From assembly GCA_951406725.2 (NCBI GenBank), contig OX597816.1:113088001-113152000 (forward strand): a DNA stretch of 64,000 nt. Reading direction: 5' to 3'. Shown one piece after another: positions 28,722-42,907 of this stretch. The position numbers and the translations under genes are program-made. Origin of the DNA: Octopus vulgaris (Eukaryota). A model generated the notes under the pieces. The model ran no database searches, had not been told where the DNA came from, and saw only the letters and a list, made by a program, of their open reading frames with translations. Position 1 is the stretch's first letter, and each line of letters starts with the position of its first letter.

Positions 28722-29180
28722 AGGCATGGTTGTGTGGTTCTTAGTTTGCTTCCCCAGTCACCTTGTTGCAAGTTCAGTCCCACTACATGACACCTTGCCC
28801 TGCGTCAACCAAAGCCTTTTGTAAACAGATATTGAAAGAAGCACCCACGTGTGTGTGTGTGTGTGTGAATGTATGTTAGAATCTCCTTGTCTTGACAGAC
28901 AAGCAGATATAATATAAAGATATATGTCATGGTGTTGACCAGACTATCAGATAGTGTTATGCATCACTGGTCACAGATGTATGTCACATCATTTTAGCTT
29001 TCAAATGATGCCACCCCATTAGCAAGACAAGCTGGCCAACATTCCCCCTGATTGGAAGGCTATTCCATCACAGTGTTACACACATCTTCAGAACACAACG
29101 TGCAGCTAGTCCGAGTAGCAAAACAGCAATCTCACGATTGTTAGTGCAATAACCCTAATCACTAGGCCATGCACTTTCAC
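28722..29180. mobile_element. Family-A SINE head (+) followed by a degenerate SINE (-)
   Basis: GGCATGGTTGTGTGG...GTTCAGTCCCACT on +, and CCTAATCACTAGGCCATGCAC (reverse complement of a box-A head) at 29154-29174. Confidence 0.5.
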
Positions 29181-29759
29181 ATGCACACATACGATGTACA
29201 CCCATCCATACATGCTTACATACAAGTCCATAGGAATTCCAACCACGTTTCATGATTCACTACCTCAGCAGCTCCTTTATAGGATACAATGGCTAAAGAC
29301 ATTATCAGGAGGAACCACATCTGGTTTTGGCCCCTACACCTCTACTGTTTTCGACATGGCATGGCCCCAACTTTTGGAGATATCTTCAGCTCTGGTGCTG
29401 AGTGCGTTTTTTCTTTCTCCTTTTTTCTTTGGCCTTTTGTTCTTTGGTTTCTTCGATGCAGCTTCAACGAATGTCAGTGAGCAAATGACTATCCTGCCAA
29501 ATGTCCCTTTAAATACTCACTGGTAGGATTTCTGTAGTTTTTGTTACATAATGACTTGCAAAATTTTGGTTGACCCAAGATAGTATTACAATCAGCATTA
29601 AAGCACGAGTTGGGGAAGTAAATTTCTTAACTTCATAGCCTCACACATGCTAAATTTCTAACTATTAGTCCTTAGGAAATTAATAAAATTCAGAAAAACT
29701 ACATTGCCTTTTAAAATATATTTTACAAACTAGTGGTAATTTACTTATATAAATGAGTT

Positions 29760-29875
29760 TTAGGTGCATGGCTCAGTGGTTAGAGTGTCAGGCTCACAGT
29801 CATGAGGTATACATATATATACATACAGATGTGTACATATATATGGTAGACAGAAACAGAAAGAAGCCTTTCATG

Positions 29876-29922
<47 letters not shown>

Positions 29923-30250
29923 GGCTCAGTGGTTAGATGTTAGACTCACAATAACGAGGTTGTCAGTTTAATTCCATGACCGGGCTGTGTGTTGTCTTCT
30001 TGAGTAAGACACTTTATTTCACATTGCTTCAGTTCACTCAGCTGTAGAAATGAGTTGCAACATCACTGAGGCTAAGCTGTATCAGCCTTTGCCTTTCCTT
30101 GAATAACATCAGTGGCATTGAGCAGGAAGGCTGGTATGCATAGGTGACTGTTGATCTTCTATAAGCAAACTTGCCCAGACTTGTGCCTCGGAGAACTTTC
30201 TAGGTGCAGTCCCATGGTTATTCATGACTGAAGGGGTTCTTTACTTTTAC
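29760..30250 (+). mobile_element. tRNA-derived SINE (family C variant) preceded by an aborted or duplicated head
   Basis: ATGGCTCAGTGGTTAGA at 29768 and 29921, a CORE-like TCTTGAGTAAGACACTT segment, and a (TTTAC)n tail. Confidence 0.65.
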
Positions 30251-31009
30251 TTTAATGTTAAACTTTTGAACTTGATGATGATGAGATATATATTTTACTA
30301 ATATTATTTTATTTTCTGCTCTATGCATTATTCTGGAGTACTAAACAGATGCACAATATACTTAGAATATATTATTTTGGTTTTGAAAATAATATTCAAA
30401 GTTTATGAAAAAGCAGGATTTTAACTTTTTTGTGAAGTTAGATGTAGAAAGTTTTTGATAAATTGACATTGCATTCCTTACTTTGAAGAACTGTAAGTGT
30501 TTCATACATCTTTCCCATGAGTATTACTAGCATTAACTGGATAAAAATTTAAGGCGTATGAATAAACAGGGAGGAGATATCAGCCATGAATGAGTTAATT
30601 CTTTTGCAAAAAAAATTGCATGATATTTAATATGTGTGCTTCTTTAATAGATGACAAATGCAACTAGCAAATGGAGTTTGAAGCTGCTTTTTAAATCTTT
30701 TTGGTGTTATTTGGAGAAGAGTTGTGTTCTTTCCCTCTACAGTAAATAAATAAAGAGTTATGGTCTTATTTTGGATGTATTGTGACACCAGTGTTAGTGA
30801 GGTAATAGGACTCAGAACTCCTCCTTGTGCAGTTGATTTAAAGATAACCATACATTCATACAAAATTTTGTGTGTGTGTGCGCACATGCGCATACATGTG
30901 TGTATGTATATGTGTCTGTGTATATATATACACACAGACATACACAGACATATGTGCATGTGTCTGTATATATATATATATACACACACATATTGTACAA
31001 CCACAAGAT

Positions 31010-31280
31010 TTAGTAGTTAAGGTGTTTGGCTCATGACCAAGTGATTAGAGATTAAATCCTTGGACCAGGCTTTGTGGTATGTCCTTGAGCAAGGCACATC
31101 ATTCATTTTACATTGCTTCAATCTATTCAGCTGAAAATGAAATGAATACCACTCAGATGATAGAGTTCCTTTCACATCCTGAATATTTCGCTAGGTCAGG
31201 GAAGAGAGGATCAAAAGACTCTGTATGTCTACTCGCAAGTGTATGGGTACCTAAAACAGTTAACATGGTACATGCTTTTG
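31010..31280 (+). mobile_element. SINE subfamily with GG(C/T)ACCTAAAACA body (also at 41610-41890 and 62150-62410)
   Basis: Family-C head plus a 3' body shared by three places in this window. Confidence 0.55.
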
Positions 31281-31799
31281 CTGAACCATGCTTGCTTGCA
31301 GATAATAGCTGGCTATACTTATTCATAGACACTACATTCTTAAGCATAATTCCTCCAAGTCTCTGCATTCACTATGATATACTATCATGTCTAATACACA
31401 TATGATTATGATGCTCATAATATCATCTAATCAATACACTCTTCACTTCTACCTCCATGCATCATAAAACCTATATAAATGAATATACATAAACAGTCTT
31501 CAGTGATGCTCATTCTGTAATGTTCTTTCACCAAGCATCATCACAGTTAACACCCAATTCATGCATGTATAGAGCATGCAGCTATTGTAGTCTTCATCTT
31601 TTATATGTCCATTCACCTGAAACTAATGCTCTAGATTAATACAATATCTGTTGCTTGCTAATGGTTGGTGATGATAAAAACACCGATGATTGAATACAGT
31701 TGAAATTAATATAGTCTTCTCTTTCCCATTAAGCCAAGATGTTAGAGTGACACTGAGATTGAATACCTAACAGGCTTATAAAATCTGTGTGAATCTAGG

Positions 31800-32242
31800 T
31801 GCTGGCATGGTTCTACACATCAGGTTCAGTGGCATCTTGGATAAGTGTCTTGTATTATAGCCCCATGCTATGCAAAGCTTTATGAGTGGATTTGGTTGGC
31901 AGGGACTGAAAGAAACATGTTATATATGTATTACATTATACTGTGTGTGTGTATTTGTGTCTTGTTGCCTTGACATCATGTGATTGTAAATGTGTGTCAC
32001 TGACAAGCAAACAATTTCATTAATTTCCAGTATTCTGCAAAAACATGCCTGGCCATGAGGAAATATTACCATGCTTGGAAACAGGTGGGACCTGGCTGAA
32101 TTTTCCTGAGACCTACATTAAGGGTTCACGTGTCTGTAGAGTGGTCAGCCACTTGCACGTTAATTTCACAAGCAAGCTGTTCTGTTGATCATATCAGCTG
32201 GGACCCTCATTGTCGTACCAGACGAATTGCTCCATATATATA

Positions 32243-32309
<67 letters not shown>

Positions 32310-32625
32310 GCATAGATGTAGTTGTATGATAACCAACACTGTTCCAGGATCAGTCACTTAGTTGAGTGGATTTGGATGATGGAAATTGAAAGAAGCCTGT
32401 CATGCACATGTATGTAAGTCTTTGTGTTTGTCCTCCACAGCCATTTGACAACCAGTGTTGGTTTGTTTACATCCCTATAGCTTAGCAGTTCAACAACAAG
32501 AGACTGATACCATAAGTGACTAGCTTTAAAGAAATAAGTACAAGGATCAATTTGTTCGACTAAATCCTTCAAGGTAGTACCCCAGCATGGCCAGAGTCTA
32601 ATGACTGAAGCAAGTAAAAGATAGA
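31800..32625 (+). mobile_element. Cluster of SINE fragments (family-A variant head, family-D 3' half at 32095-32232, family-A 3' part at 32360-32625)
   Basis: Matches to 49372-49812 and to the reverse complement of 21885-22020. Confidence 0.6.
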
Positions 32626-33034
32626 AGATATATATGAACATACATAACATCTGCTAATAAAAGTTCATTTATTATTACTAATAAACTAAAATCTTATGCT
32701 ATTCAGTGTTGGGCTAGAACACATGGAACGATGCAGTACTGCAGAAGACACATATATCCAACTAATTCCAGTATAGAGAGATAAAATACTGTGATAGTGG
32801 TGGTAGCAACAACAATGCCAATCATCATCATCATCTTCACCATCAAAATTGTATTTTATAACATTATTGTCTTATAAGAGATTTTCTATGAAAAATATTG
32901 AATTGCATTTTCTGTATTAGAGAAGTTTCAAACCTAATGTGAAATTAATGATTAGATTATTAAGGATTTTATGTTTTCAAATGTTTTACAATATTTATTT
33001 GTTTCCTTCTTTTTTATTCCACTTCCTCTTACAG

Positions 33035-33060
33035 CGTTGCCATATTTACCCCCACCATAA
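33035..33060 (+). CDS. Candidate terminal coding exon (ALPYLPPP*) for the 1159 exon, followed by putative 3'UTR
   Basis: A strong pyrimidine tract plus ACAG at 33002-33034. A phase-1 join gives ...NNK-A-L-P-Y-L-P-P-P-stop. AATAAA at 33125-33130 and repeat-free downstream sequence. Confidence 0.35.
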
Positions 33061-33879
33061 TCATACATCGGACAATCAAGTTTTATTTTATTGTTTGGCC
33101 TTTAATTAGAAAGAGAAAATTCTCAATAAATGTAAATTATATTGATCTATGAACAGAAGCAACATTTTATGTTTCTTAATATAGATTTCTCTATGAAGCA
33201 CGTTCCCCGGCTCGTTTGAAATCTGACAAATACAGCTGTTAGATAAATGTTTATGATGTCATTTTATTCACTCCTATCATTTGTACTATCATATGGTTTA
33301 ATAGAACTATTGTTGTATAGGTAGCTATAAGATCACATACTGCATGAATTGAAGAGGTATGAGCTATGCGATGAAGATTATACCACCGTTAGTTTAAGCT
33401 CTAAATCATATTCATTGATGAGGGGTGATGACAATGTTACATCGAGAATACCATCTGCAACTTTTGCAAGTTAATTAATTTTCTGTTAAGAACTATGTTA
33501 ATTGATTGAGCAAAGTAAACAGGCCATACAGTATCACAAAATAAACTGCTCAAAGTTATTTTGTGATAAATAATTACATAAATATAGTTAAAACACTGGA
33601 AATATTTTATGGTCATTAAAATCATGAATATCATAAGAAATCCTGTTTACTGACCAAGAAAATATGTTCAGTTATTATACATTTAACAGTAAATATAATG
33701 TTCAAATATGTTATCTGACGCTATTATTATTAACTGTTTTTATATGAAACTAAGGTATTCATTGTACACAATATATGTATATGTGTGTCTTTTACCTCAG
33801 TGTAATTATTTCCCTCTCTTTCTCTCTCCCCTCCCCCATAGACATGTATACATATTTATTTTCAGTAGTGAACAAGAAC

Positions 33880-34305
33880 AGATACAGCTATGTGTTTAAA
33901 AAGTTTGCTTTGTAACCATATGGCTTTAAATTCAGTCACACAGTTTGGCACCTTAACTGAATGTCTTCTACTATAACCTGACGCTAACCCAAACCTTGTG
34001 AGTGGGTTTGGTGGATGGAAATTCAAAGAAGCCCATCACATGTGTGTGTGTGTATATCTTTTTGTCTTGAGATCACATTCTGTGAGCAAATCTCACCATC
34101 CTGCAAGTAATATCATTCATTTACAACCTTCTATGAAATCATGTCCAGCCACTGCGCTATTCTTTTTCAAAAGAATAGGGGGAATATTTACTTGCTTGGA
34201 GATAGATATGGGTTGGTGCTTTAAAGCATCTTGTCATAGAAAATCTGCCTTGCCAAATTTTGCTTGACCCATGTATGCATGGGAAATAAGACACTGAAAT
34301 GATGA
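33880..34305 (+). mobile_element. Degenerate SINE: family-A head with RTE-type tail
   Basis: CCTTGTGAGTGGGTTTGGTGGATGGAAATTCAAAGAAGCCC, and the tail GACCCATGTATGCATGGGAAA...ATGATGA. Confidence 0.55.
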
Positions 34306-35854
34306 CACACACACACACACACACAGAGTATGTGTAGACTACAGCTCTTTATTTAGGGTTGTACTCTTCTCTGATAACATCTCTATTTTCTCCTATAGTA
34401 TAAAGTGATTCTTTAAAGATTCTCTGACAATGAAACAATCATGTACTAAAATGGATCTTATCATTGTACATATGTTGTTATCACATGAAATGAATAAAGA
34501 TAACCCCTAAATATTCTCCCTCTCCCTTCCCTCCACATCCATTCCTTACTCCATTATTACATTCTGATATATTCTCGATTTGTTATGGTAAATGAAAAAT
34601 GCATTTCATTACCAGGAAATATCAACCTCATACACACTTGCATTTCCAGCAAATAATTGTATTACCAAGAAAAATCAATATAGCATTTTCTTATATACAT
34701 ACAAAGGATTTATAGATTAATTCAGACAAGTTTAGTTTACCTTGAAGCTGAAATTGTATCAGCAGATAAAACTCTGCTACGTTATGTAAAATGATATAGT
34801 TTCAGGGGAGTTTTAGATTAATAAATTAAACTTCTTCCCTGTAATAATTCCCCATAAAGAAATGCATTTACATATTTCTATCATTGGTAAAATTTTCAGC
34901 TACATCAATCTTCTCATTGATATTATATTTTATTCTTTTGTATCCTTTTCAGCTACAAAACTGGTTACTTTTTATAAATCTAATTTTGCAATATCAGCTT
35001 AACATCTGATTTTTCCATACTCCATACCAGTATGTTAATCAATAGTAAATATACATGTGTATATACTCTTCACCTCTTTCTTTATCACACATACACACAT
35101 GACACACAGCATGAATTAGTCTTATCAGTAAGCATACTGTAACCAAAGAATCCATATCTTCATTGGTTTCTTTTGATTGACGGGATAAAATGTTTTGCAT
35201 GCAGCTAATATGATTGGTATTATGTTTGGTTCTTAGATTGTATAGTTGAATCTGAAATCATGCTTAAGGATTATTCATAGTCTTCAAGAGAAGTACAATG
35301 GTGCAATTCTTGTTGTATAGTCAGAAATGTATACTCAAAACAGTTTTTCTCAACCACTCTGGATTCTCAGACTGCATTGGTACAGGAATCATAAGTCCAC
35401 CAGCTAGTTCACCAAACCTTGTTATATAATTTATAATCTTCTAAAATTTATTCACAGAACCACTGCTCATTAGTATGTTGATTTTACGAATATTATTTCT
35501 GTTTCTACAAAGGAAGCTATATTGAATTTTAAACTTTCTTATTAGATTAGTTTATGAATTTTTTTTACCGTTATTTTGAGTGATTATATATTTATTTTTA
35601 TTTAGTTTTGCAATTTTTAACTTCTGCTATTGCATGACAACTTTTTTCTATCCATATGAATTTCTGATCAAGCCAAAACTTGCTCAACCTTCTAGAAATA
35701 AGAAAAAAGAGCCAAACTCCCTCAAATCCCAACTTACTATTTTAAGAAAGGAAGGAAATATTACATAATGTAGTACTAACATAAATAACACTTGGAAACA
35801 AAAAAGAAATGGAGATAGCTTGATCAGGACTCACAAGGTGTATTATCAAGAAAA

Positions 35855-36070
35855 AACTATTATTGGTTAGCCCTAAGTCAGCCCTGCTCAAGCAGACCAA
35901 CAATCAAGATGTTCCATCCATGACTATCTCATATTTTATTCAGTCAGTATAGATCCAGGAAGGACTGATGTGTTATATAATCTGTCCTTCATTTTTGAAG
36001 ATAGTAAAATGTGTTTTTAGGGAGATCTAGCTGCTATTTGTAGCTATTCAAACCTCTATGTAAAGCCTCC
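35855..36070 (-). mobile_element. Representative of a dispersed SINE-tail family (also ~19250-19430, 44650-44780, 46830-46980, 55400-55590, 57770-57980, 61620-61870)
   Basis: Recurrent motifs CTGCTAGAAATAGCAGCCAAATCTC and GGTCTG.TTGATCAGGGCTGACCT.GGGCTAAACAAC. Confidence 0.5.
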
Positions 36071-37692
36071 TTTCTTTGGTGAATGATATTTCTTAACCTT
36101 AAAAGAATATCCTGTTTTATTCTCCCAAGTCCTTTCTCAATACTATGGAATACTGTACACACAGTGTAGGAAAACATTGTAAATAAACGCTAAAATGTCA
36201 TATAAAAATAATACATTGCCATCATTACCAAGCATGTAATTATAGTTGAATACTCCTAATAAACAAGGTTTTAATAAGTACACAAGCAGCATTTCATGTG
36301 AACTAAATCAGTCAATGACCCCAGCCACACCCAGTAGCTCAACATCTTTTAACTAATCAATTTCAAACATTATTCTCAATTCATTTTGTTCTAACCCTAT
36401 CCACCCAATTTGCTGTTAACCTTCAGATTACCCAGTTAATTTCTTCCTTAGAAAAATAAAAACTCATCTAATCCTGAAGATGGTCATAAGGATGGAACTA
36501 CCTTCACTCCTAAATTAGGCATTCCTTTCACTTCTACATTGAAACTAATATTTTTCAAAGTCATGAAAAAAAAATCTAAAAATAATTAATCTATTAACGG
36601 ATTCTACAGAGTGTATTCAAACAACTTAGTACACAGCTGCACTCACAATTACACACACTTGTACAGACATCCATATAGTTTCTCAGTGCTGGGTTGGACA
36701 AATATTACAGTTGTATTTTTTTAATGACTGGGTGTTCTTTCCAGTAGCAGCCACATTGACAGTGTGTTTTCCAAGCTGCCCTGTGGTATATCAGTTCTAT
36801 TTCTGATAGCTGCTCTCATAAAAGTGCTGTCCTCCTCACACCATGAAGAGATACATCAATCTCTTATGAAGTTGATTAAAGAAACACCAACTGAGATTAC
36901 TGTTGGTAAGAAAGCATTAAATAGGCTGACTGAAAGGAAAATGTTTTAAAATAGAGCAGTGTAAAAATAGATGAAAGCAAAATGAATAGAGATAAAGGAC
37001 ATTAAAAGACAGAATATGACAAGAAGGAGTGCATAATACTGTAAAGAAATATACTATAACGGAAGTTATATTGTTAGCTGTATTGATAAGTATTAAGAAA
37101 GCTAACCAGATATGTAAGAAAAGAGAGGACTGTTTGGTATTTGTGACATGTTAGGGTTACAGGATTAGAAATAAAATATGGAGTAGAGCAATAGCCATTA
37201 AAGGAAGTAACGGCAATTAAATAACATATACAGAAATAATTCTATCAAACAGAGACAGGACCATTTCTGAAGTGGGAAATGCAGTCCCTTTAATTCGCTC
37301 CATTATATTAAGGATATTTACTTTATTGACTTCAGATAAAAGATACTTGAATACAATTGAGGTTAGAATTTAGAAATTTGATTCACCAAAGAGAATTTTA
37401 TTATGTATAATCTCCAACTGCTTCCAGTTTCCACCACCTCTTAAACATATATGTGTATCTGTGTGTCTTTCATTCTTCATTAAGGATGTATGGAGACCAT
37501 TTGCTTCTGGATTATTTCATCATCTGGTTAGATGCCAAAACATCTCATTACCAACTATACTTGACACTACTCTGTTTCTGATGACAGAATAGAAAAACCA
37601 CCATTTGGTCATGTTCAAATGTTTATATAGTTAAAATTACCCAACTAGGTTGTTGAAGACACTTTACAGACATTTCATAGACACATGCACAT

Positions 37693-37727
<35 letters not shown>

Positions 37728-39789
37728 TGCTCACTCACTCACACTCACACACTCCATTTGTTTAGATCAGGTGTTTTGCAGCTGGATGTCCTCTGCACCA
37801 ACCACTTCACAGTGAATTATGAACAGGGTGTATTTATAGGGACACTAGCTATGAAGAATATAGGTTACTGTAGACAGTAGGATGATGAAGATTTGTATTC
37901 CTCATCATCTTGAAAGTTTCAGTATGAAGTTTCTCAGATTACATAAATATAAGCAATTTGTTTGTCCTCAATTTCTGCTTTTTATTGTTTTAGTTATTAT
38001 CTAGAACTAAATCATCTAAACTTTTACATAAATAGTATCTTATTTTGAAACTAATTTGTTTTTTTATGCTCCTGATTAGGAATAAAGAAAAGAAAGAATC
38101 TGACACATTGTGTGTTTATTTGTAGTTTTCAAAAAAGCTAACGAAGAACTTATCAGATTAATAAATAGAATTCCTGTGCAGTATACTGATATTTTTAAAG
38201 CATTCAGTAAATTAGCATAAATAATGGCCTATATAGGTTATGAAATGCAATATGATCAAAACTATTTTAGATCTTCAAAGTTAAAAAAATAGATATTGTA
38301 TAGAATATTAAATTGTTAAGCTGCAAACCTAGATATCTTCTAAAAATATTTCAATACTACTTTTAACCATAACTTTTGTTGCTTTTTCATTTTCTCATCT
38401 GTTAAATCTTTAAAATCATTTTTTCTCATTTGCTTTGTTTGATGTTGAAAGAACTAAATAGTATCTTCTGTGATTAGAAGTCTTTGTCTTTGTATTCAGA
38501 AAAAGACTATTACTGTTTAGCAGTGGAACTAAATGCTAATGAAATTCTAACATGATCAACAACTATCATTTTCTTAACCTTACCAGATCAAGTATGTCAG
38601 TTTATAAGCCTAATGTCTTGTGGTAAAAGATGACAGCATCAGTGGTTTGTCTCATTCACTGAAGAATATTTTGCCCCTTACACTTTTTCCATTCAGATGA
38701 TTTGGTAAAGTCCACTTTCAAATTTCTCTTTGATGTAAGCATCATATTTTTTCAATCCAGTTATAAATCAGGTCAAACAATTTAGCATTGCCCAATTTAT
38801 TTCTATCATCAAGAGTTAATTATCTAAGTAAATACCATGTTTCATAAAGTAAGCTATTTTGCTAATGGCGTTATGTTGTAAACAGAAGCTCTTGAAGGTG
38901 ATATAAATATTAGTAATTTAACTTATTTTTATGTCAGTGGAGTAGACTATATTCTTTAGGAGATAGCACATCTTTAGTGCACCAAAGTTCTCTTTTGAAA
39001 TACTTGTACAATGAGCCCTTGATACCGATAGTATGATTTTTTTTTTACATAATTGTTTATTAGGATCAAGCTCTATGGCATACAACTGAAGCTCACATTT
39101 ATGTTGTGTCTGTCGAACAACTAGAAAAGTTTTGTTGCTTTTTTAAGTGTTTATCACATATATCAAGGAAGATGATTTAATTCCATATAAGATAATTTGC
39201 ATAAAAACTGAGTATAAACTAACTTTTCCAGCTGTCATGCATAAATATATAATTGAATGAATAATTTTGAGCATTTGTTAAAATTTAAGATAGATAATTG
39301 TAAATAAATAGATATATAAACTTATTTAACAATAGTGACATATGGCTAAGGACATATTTTAATATACAATACTTAATATATTAAGCAAAAACCCAATGTA
39401 GTAGTTATTGCTTAGTGCCTTGTTTACAATAAAGTAATGAAATATAGATTAATGATAAAAAATACAAAATTTTAATTGAAACAGATAGTGATATTTTGAA
39501 TGTGTGGCTTTGTTGGGATTCCATTGATGTGTACAGTTATTGCCAGGAGTTTGCTAGTGATAAAATGTTGTTTTCAAGGCTACATGCAGAGCCTCAAGTA
39601 GTGAAGATCAGGACTGCATTAGGCTGAGTGTTTTCATGATCAAAAGATAAAGTAATAAAATCATGAACTTATGAAAACAATATATAAAACTGGTTTAAGT
39701 ATAAAGTAAATGGAAAAGCTATGATTTATATATAAGTTCAACAAATAACTGGTTTTATATAATAGTTTGGCAACAACATTATGTCATAT

Positions 39790-42110
39790 AAGAAGGCAAT
39801 ACCTTGATGTCCTTGGATATGTGCTGATCTTCTACAATCAACTATTTTAGTTACATCTACATAGTTTAAGATTTTCACTACCTCTTTTGTTTAACATTTG
39901 TTCAATAATTATCTCTTGCTCTTGGATTGCAGCATAAGCCTTAACCATTAACATGAAGCAATGATGGCATGTTAACTTTTTTGATAACAACCTACATAAA
40001 ACTGCCCCTTGTTCTATATTAGCAATTTCTTGTCTAAAGGTGATCTAAATTAAAATCTTTAATAAAATTTTATGTTAATTTATTTTCCAAACAGCCGCTA
40101 ATAATGACAAATACTTCATAATTAACGGATGCTTCAATATGCTCGAAATTAATTGAAACAATGTATTTCAATGAAAATAGAATAGCAAGGCAAAGCAAAA
40201 AGGTAACTGTAGGACTTGTTGTTAAGGTTCCAAGAAACACATTGATGCATAAAATGTTGGTATGCACAATGTTCCTTATCTTTTTTCTTATTTCGGTCTT
40301 TGTTAAGACACATCTGTCTTGTACTCCCAGGAATCTCATGGTATTGAATGCTTCTTGAATAGCTTATTCTCAGTATTAGAGCTGTTACTTATCTCACATT
40401 TGGAGATTTCACTGATCTATTTGCATTTGTTGCTATCTTGAGAGATATCCAAAAATACTTAAGTCTGTTTAGATTAAATCTGTGCCTAATATGGGTGTTT
40501 CCTATGGTGTTGTACATATGTTTAGATTATTTTATTTTTACTGCTTTCAGTCATTGAACTGCTGTCTTGGTGGGTACAGCCTTCAGATGTTTTTAGTCAA
40601 ACATGGTTGTCTTAATACTAAATCCAGTGGGACTTATTCTATCTGTCTGTTTTTGATCAATTGGTTGACTTTCCATTTTAATACAATGCTACTGTTTTCT
40701 GTTAATCAGTTGTTTTGTGTTTAAACGTAAACACACTCAAGTATGCAAATACATATGTGCATACAAGAACACACACTCAATTTCTGGATATCATCTCTTC
40801 CTTATGTCTAAGAGGTAGATGATAGGTGATCCTGGCAGTTTGCCCAATACAGTAATATCACTAGCTTTAAGTTATTCATTGAATTTTGCAGAATGACAGT
40901 ATACCTTTTGGATTATTTTGAAATTGTAAATGATTACATAAGTAGGAAACATCTGAAGAATATGCAGCTTAGGTTTTTTGAGTTCATGATTGTACCTTAA
41001 AGTACAACCTTTGAAATAAATACAAGCTCTTCTCTTCACAAAAGATCTTTTATGTAATATAATGGATGGGCATTGCTAGTGTATACTTGAGATTGTACTT
41101 TGAGTTTGGATAATGAACAGAAAGAGCATCAGTTGCAAATTGCTTAATGGGTGTTTTGTCAATGAACATGACTTTGAACTAGTTCTGCTTATCCAGTTGG
41201 AGATGAACCTGAATGTTTTTCAGTGATAGTCTTGCCTTTTGTTATACAACTTGACTAAAGACATTTTGTAATGTTATCTTATTGTGTTAGTGCTCCATTT
41301 TAACATTGCTGGTAATTATACTTGTGAAATACTATTATATGTAAATGAAGATGCAACACGAAGATAAATCATGCAATCAGTTTGAATAATTGTAGCTCAA
41401 GGTCTGCTTCTTCCGCTAAAAGATTTGTGTCTTCCTGATGAAATTCAAATAAGGCATTTTAAATATTGTTCCTTTAACAAATACATTTCACTGCATTGAT
41501 ATCTCAGTAATTGTTGCCATGTAAAACAAGAATTTGGGCCCTTTTATTTTCAATAGTACTTCCATATAAATATTTTTATAACTTACAATGTCCTAAATGT
41601 AAGGGAAGGGATGTGACCTCAAGTTAAGGTATTGAACTCACAACCATAATGTCATGGGTCTAATTCCTGAACCAGGCAGCACATTGTGTCTTTGGGCATG
41701 GCACTTCATTTCATGTTGCTCCAATCTACAGAGCTGAAAATAGATACCAACTTAGTGCTGGTGCAGCACTCTCACAACATTCTTAGCGTTCAACTGGGTC
41801 AAGGATGGGAGGGGCAAGAGAGTGTATATATCTACTCACAATTATATAGGCACCTAAAACAATTTGTAAAAGTATGCTACAAGTTTGCTATACCAGGACT
41901 CATGCTCAGAAGAAGCATCAAAACTTGTGCTCTGGGACCCACAACATGATACCAGAAATCATGGGAGACATCATATGCCATTTATCAATAACCTGAAAAA
42001 GGACACAGGATTGGATTCTATCCACAAACTGATGGTGACAATGATAGATTGAGATGCTTAATGAAATGGCCTTTTCTTTGAAGACTAAGTGGAGTTTGGC
42101 CAAAGTGAAG
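39790..42110 (-). mobile_element. Very decayed LINE remnant (possibly I/Nimb-like), interrupted by SINEs
   Basis: Only scattered motif-like translations (LPGSP.S, LKIATNANRS, HIQGHQGI), with many stops. Confidence 0.25.
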
Positions 42111-42469
42111 TAAAAGTAGGATACAAGTTTAACAGGTTATACTTACTTATAAGTGACAGCTAAGCCAAGCATCAGAAATGCCAAACAGAAAATGAAATTA
42201 TGAAATATGAATTTATGATTATATCATTCATATTATCGACATATGTTATATAAATTAATTAATATTGTCACTTGCAAATAACAATTAATTATTTTTTATA
42301 TCAAAATATATTTATAAAAATACTAAATTTCATTTAATAATTTGTGCTTTTCACCAGGACAGTATACATGCATATATATGTGTATATATATATATATATG
42401 TGTATATATATATATATATAAATGATTGAAACAAATAAAAGAATATATGTATCTATATATATAGTGTCA

Positions 42470-42620
42470 TAGTTTCTGTCTACCAAATCCACTCACAAGG
42501 CTTTGGTCAGCCCAAGGCTATAGTAGAAGACATTTGCCCAAGGTGCCACGCAGTGGGACTGAATCCGTAACCATGTGGTTGGTAAGCAATCCACTTACCA
42601 CACAGCCACTCCTATGCCTG
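42470..42620 (-). mobile_element. Family-A SINE 5' half
   Basis: TACCAAATCCACTCACAAGGCTTTGG...CCACACAGCCACTCCT is the reverse complement of 49372-49520. Confidence 0.85.
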
Positions 42621-42869
42621 TTTATTTTTTTACATACAATAATGTTTAAAAAAATTTTAAATATATATTTGTTCTATTTAGTTGTAAGATGTTTACAATA
42701 TTTTCTGTAATTATATTGAATTATATTACTGCTTGTCATGTTCAAGTACTCGTGTATATATTTCCAGTGTTGCATTAAGTAAACAATGTTAGCCCATACT
42801 ATGAGTTCAGTTAGACAATGAGTTAAACCAGACACCTTTTTCCTTTTTTTGTATGATTTAATAAGGGCT

Positions 42870-42907
<38 letters not shown>

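Noticed and set aside
36473-36502. CCTGAAGATGGTCATAAGGATGGAAC
   Set aside because: Only the first half of a hammerhead core, with no convincing stems.
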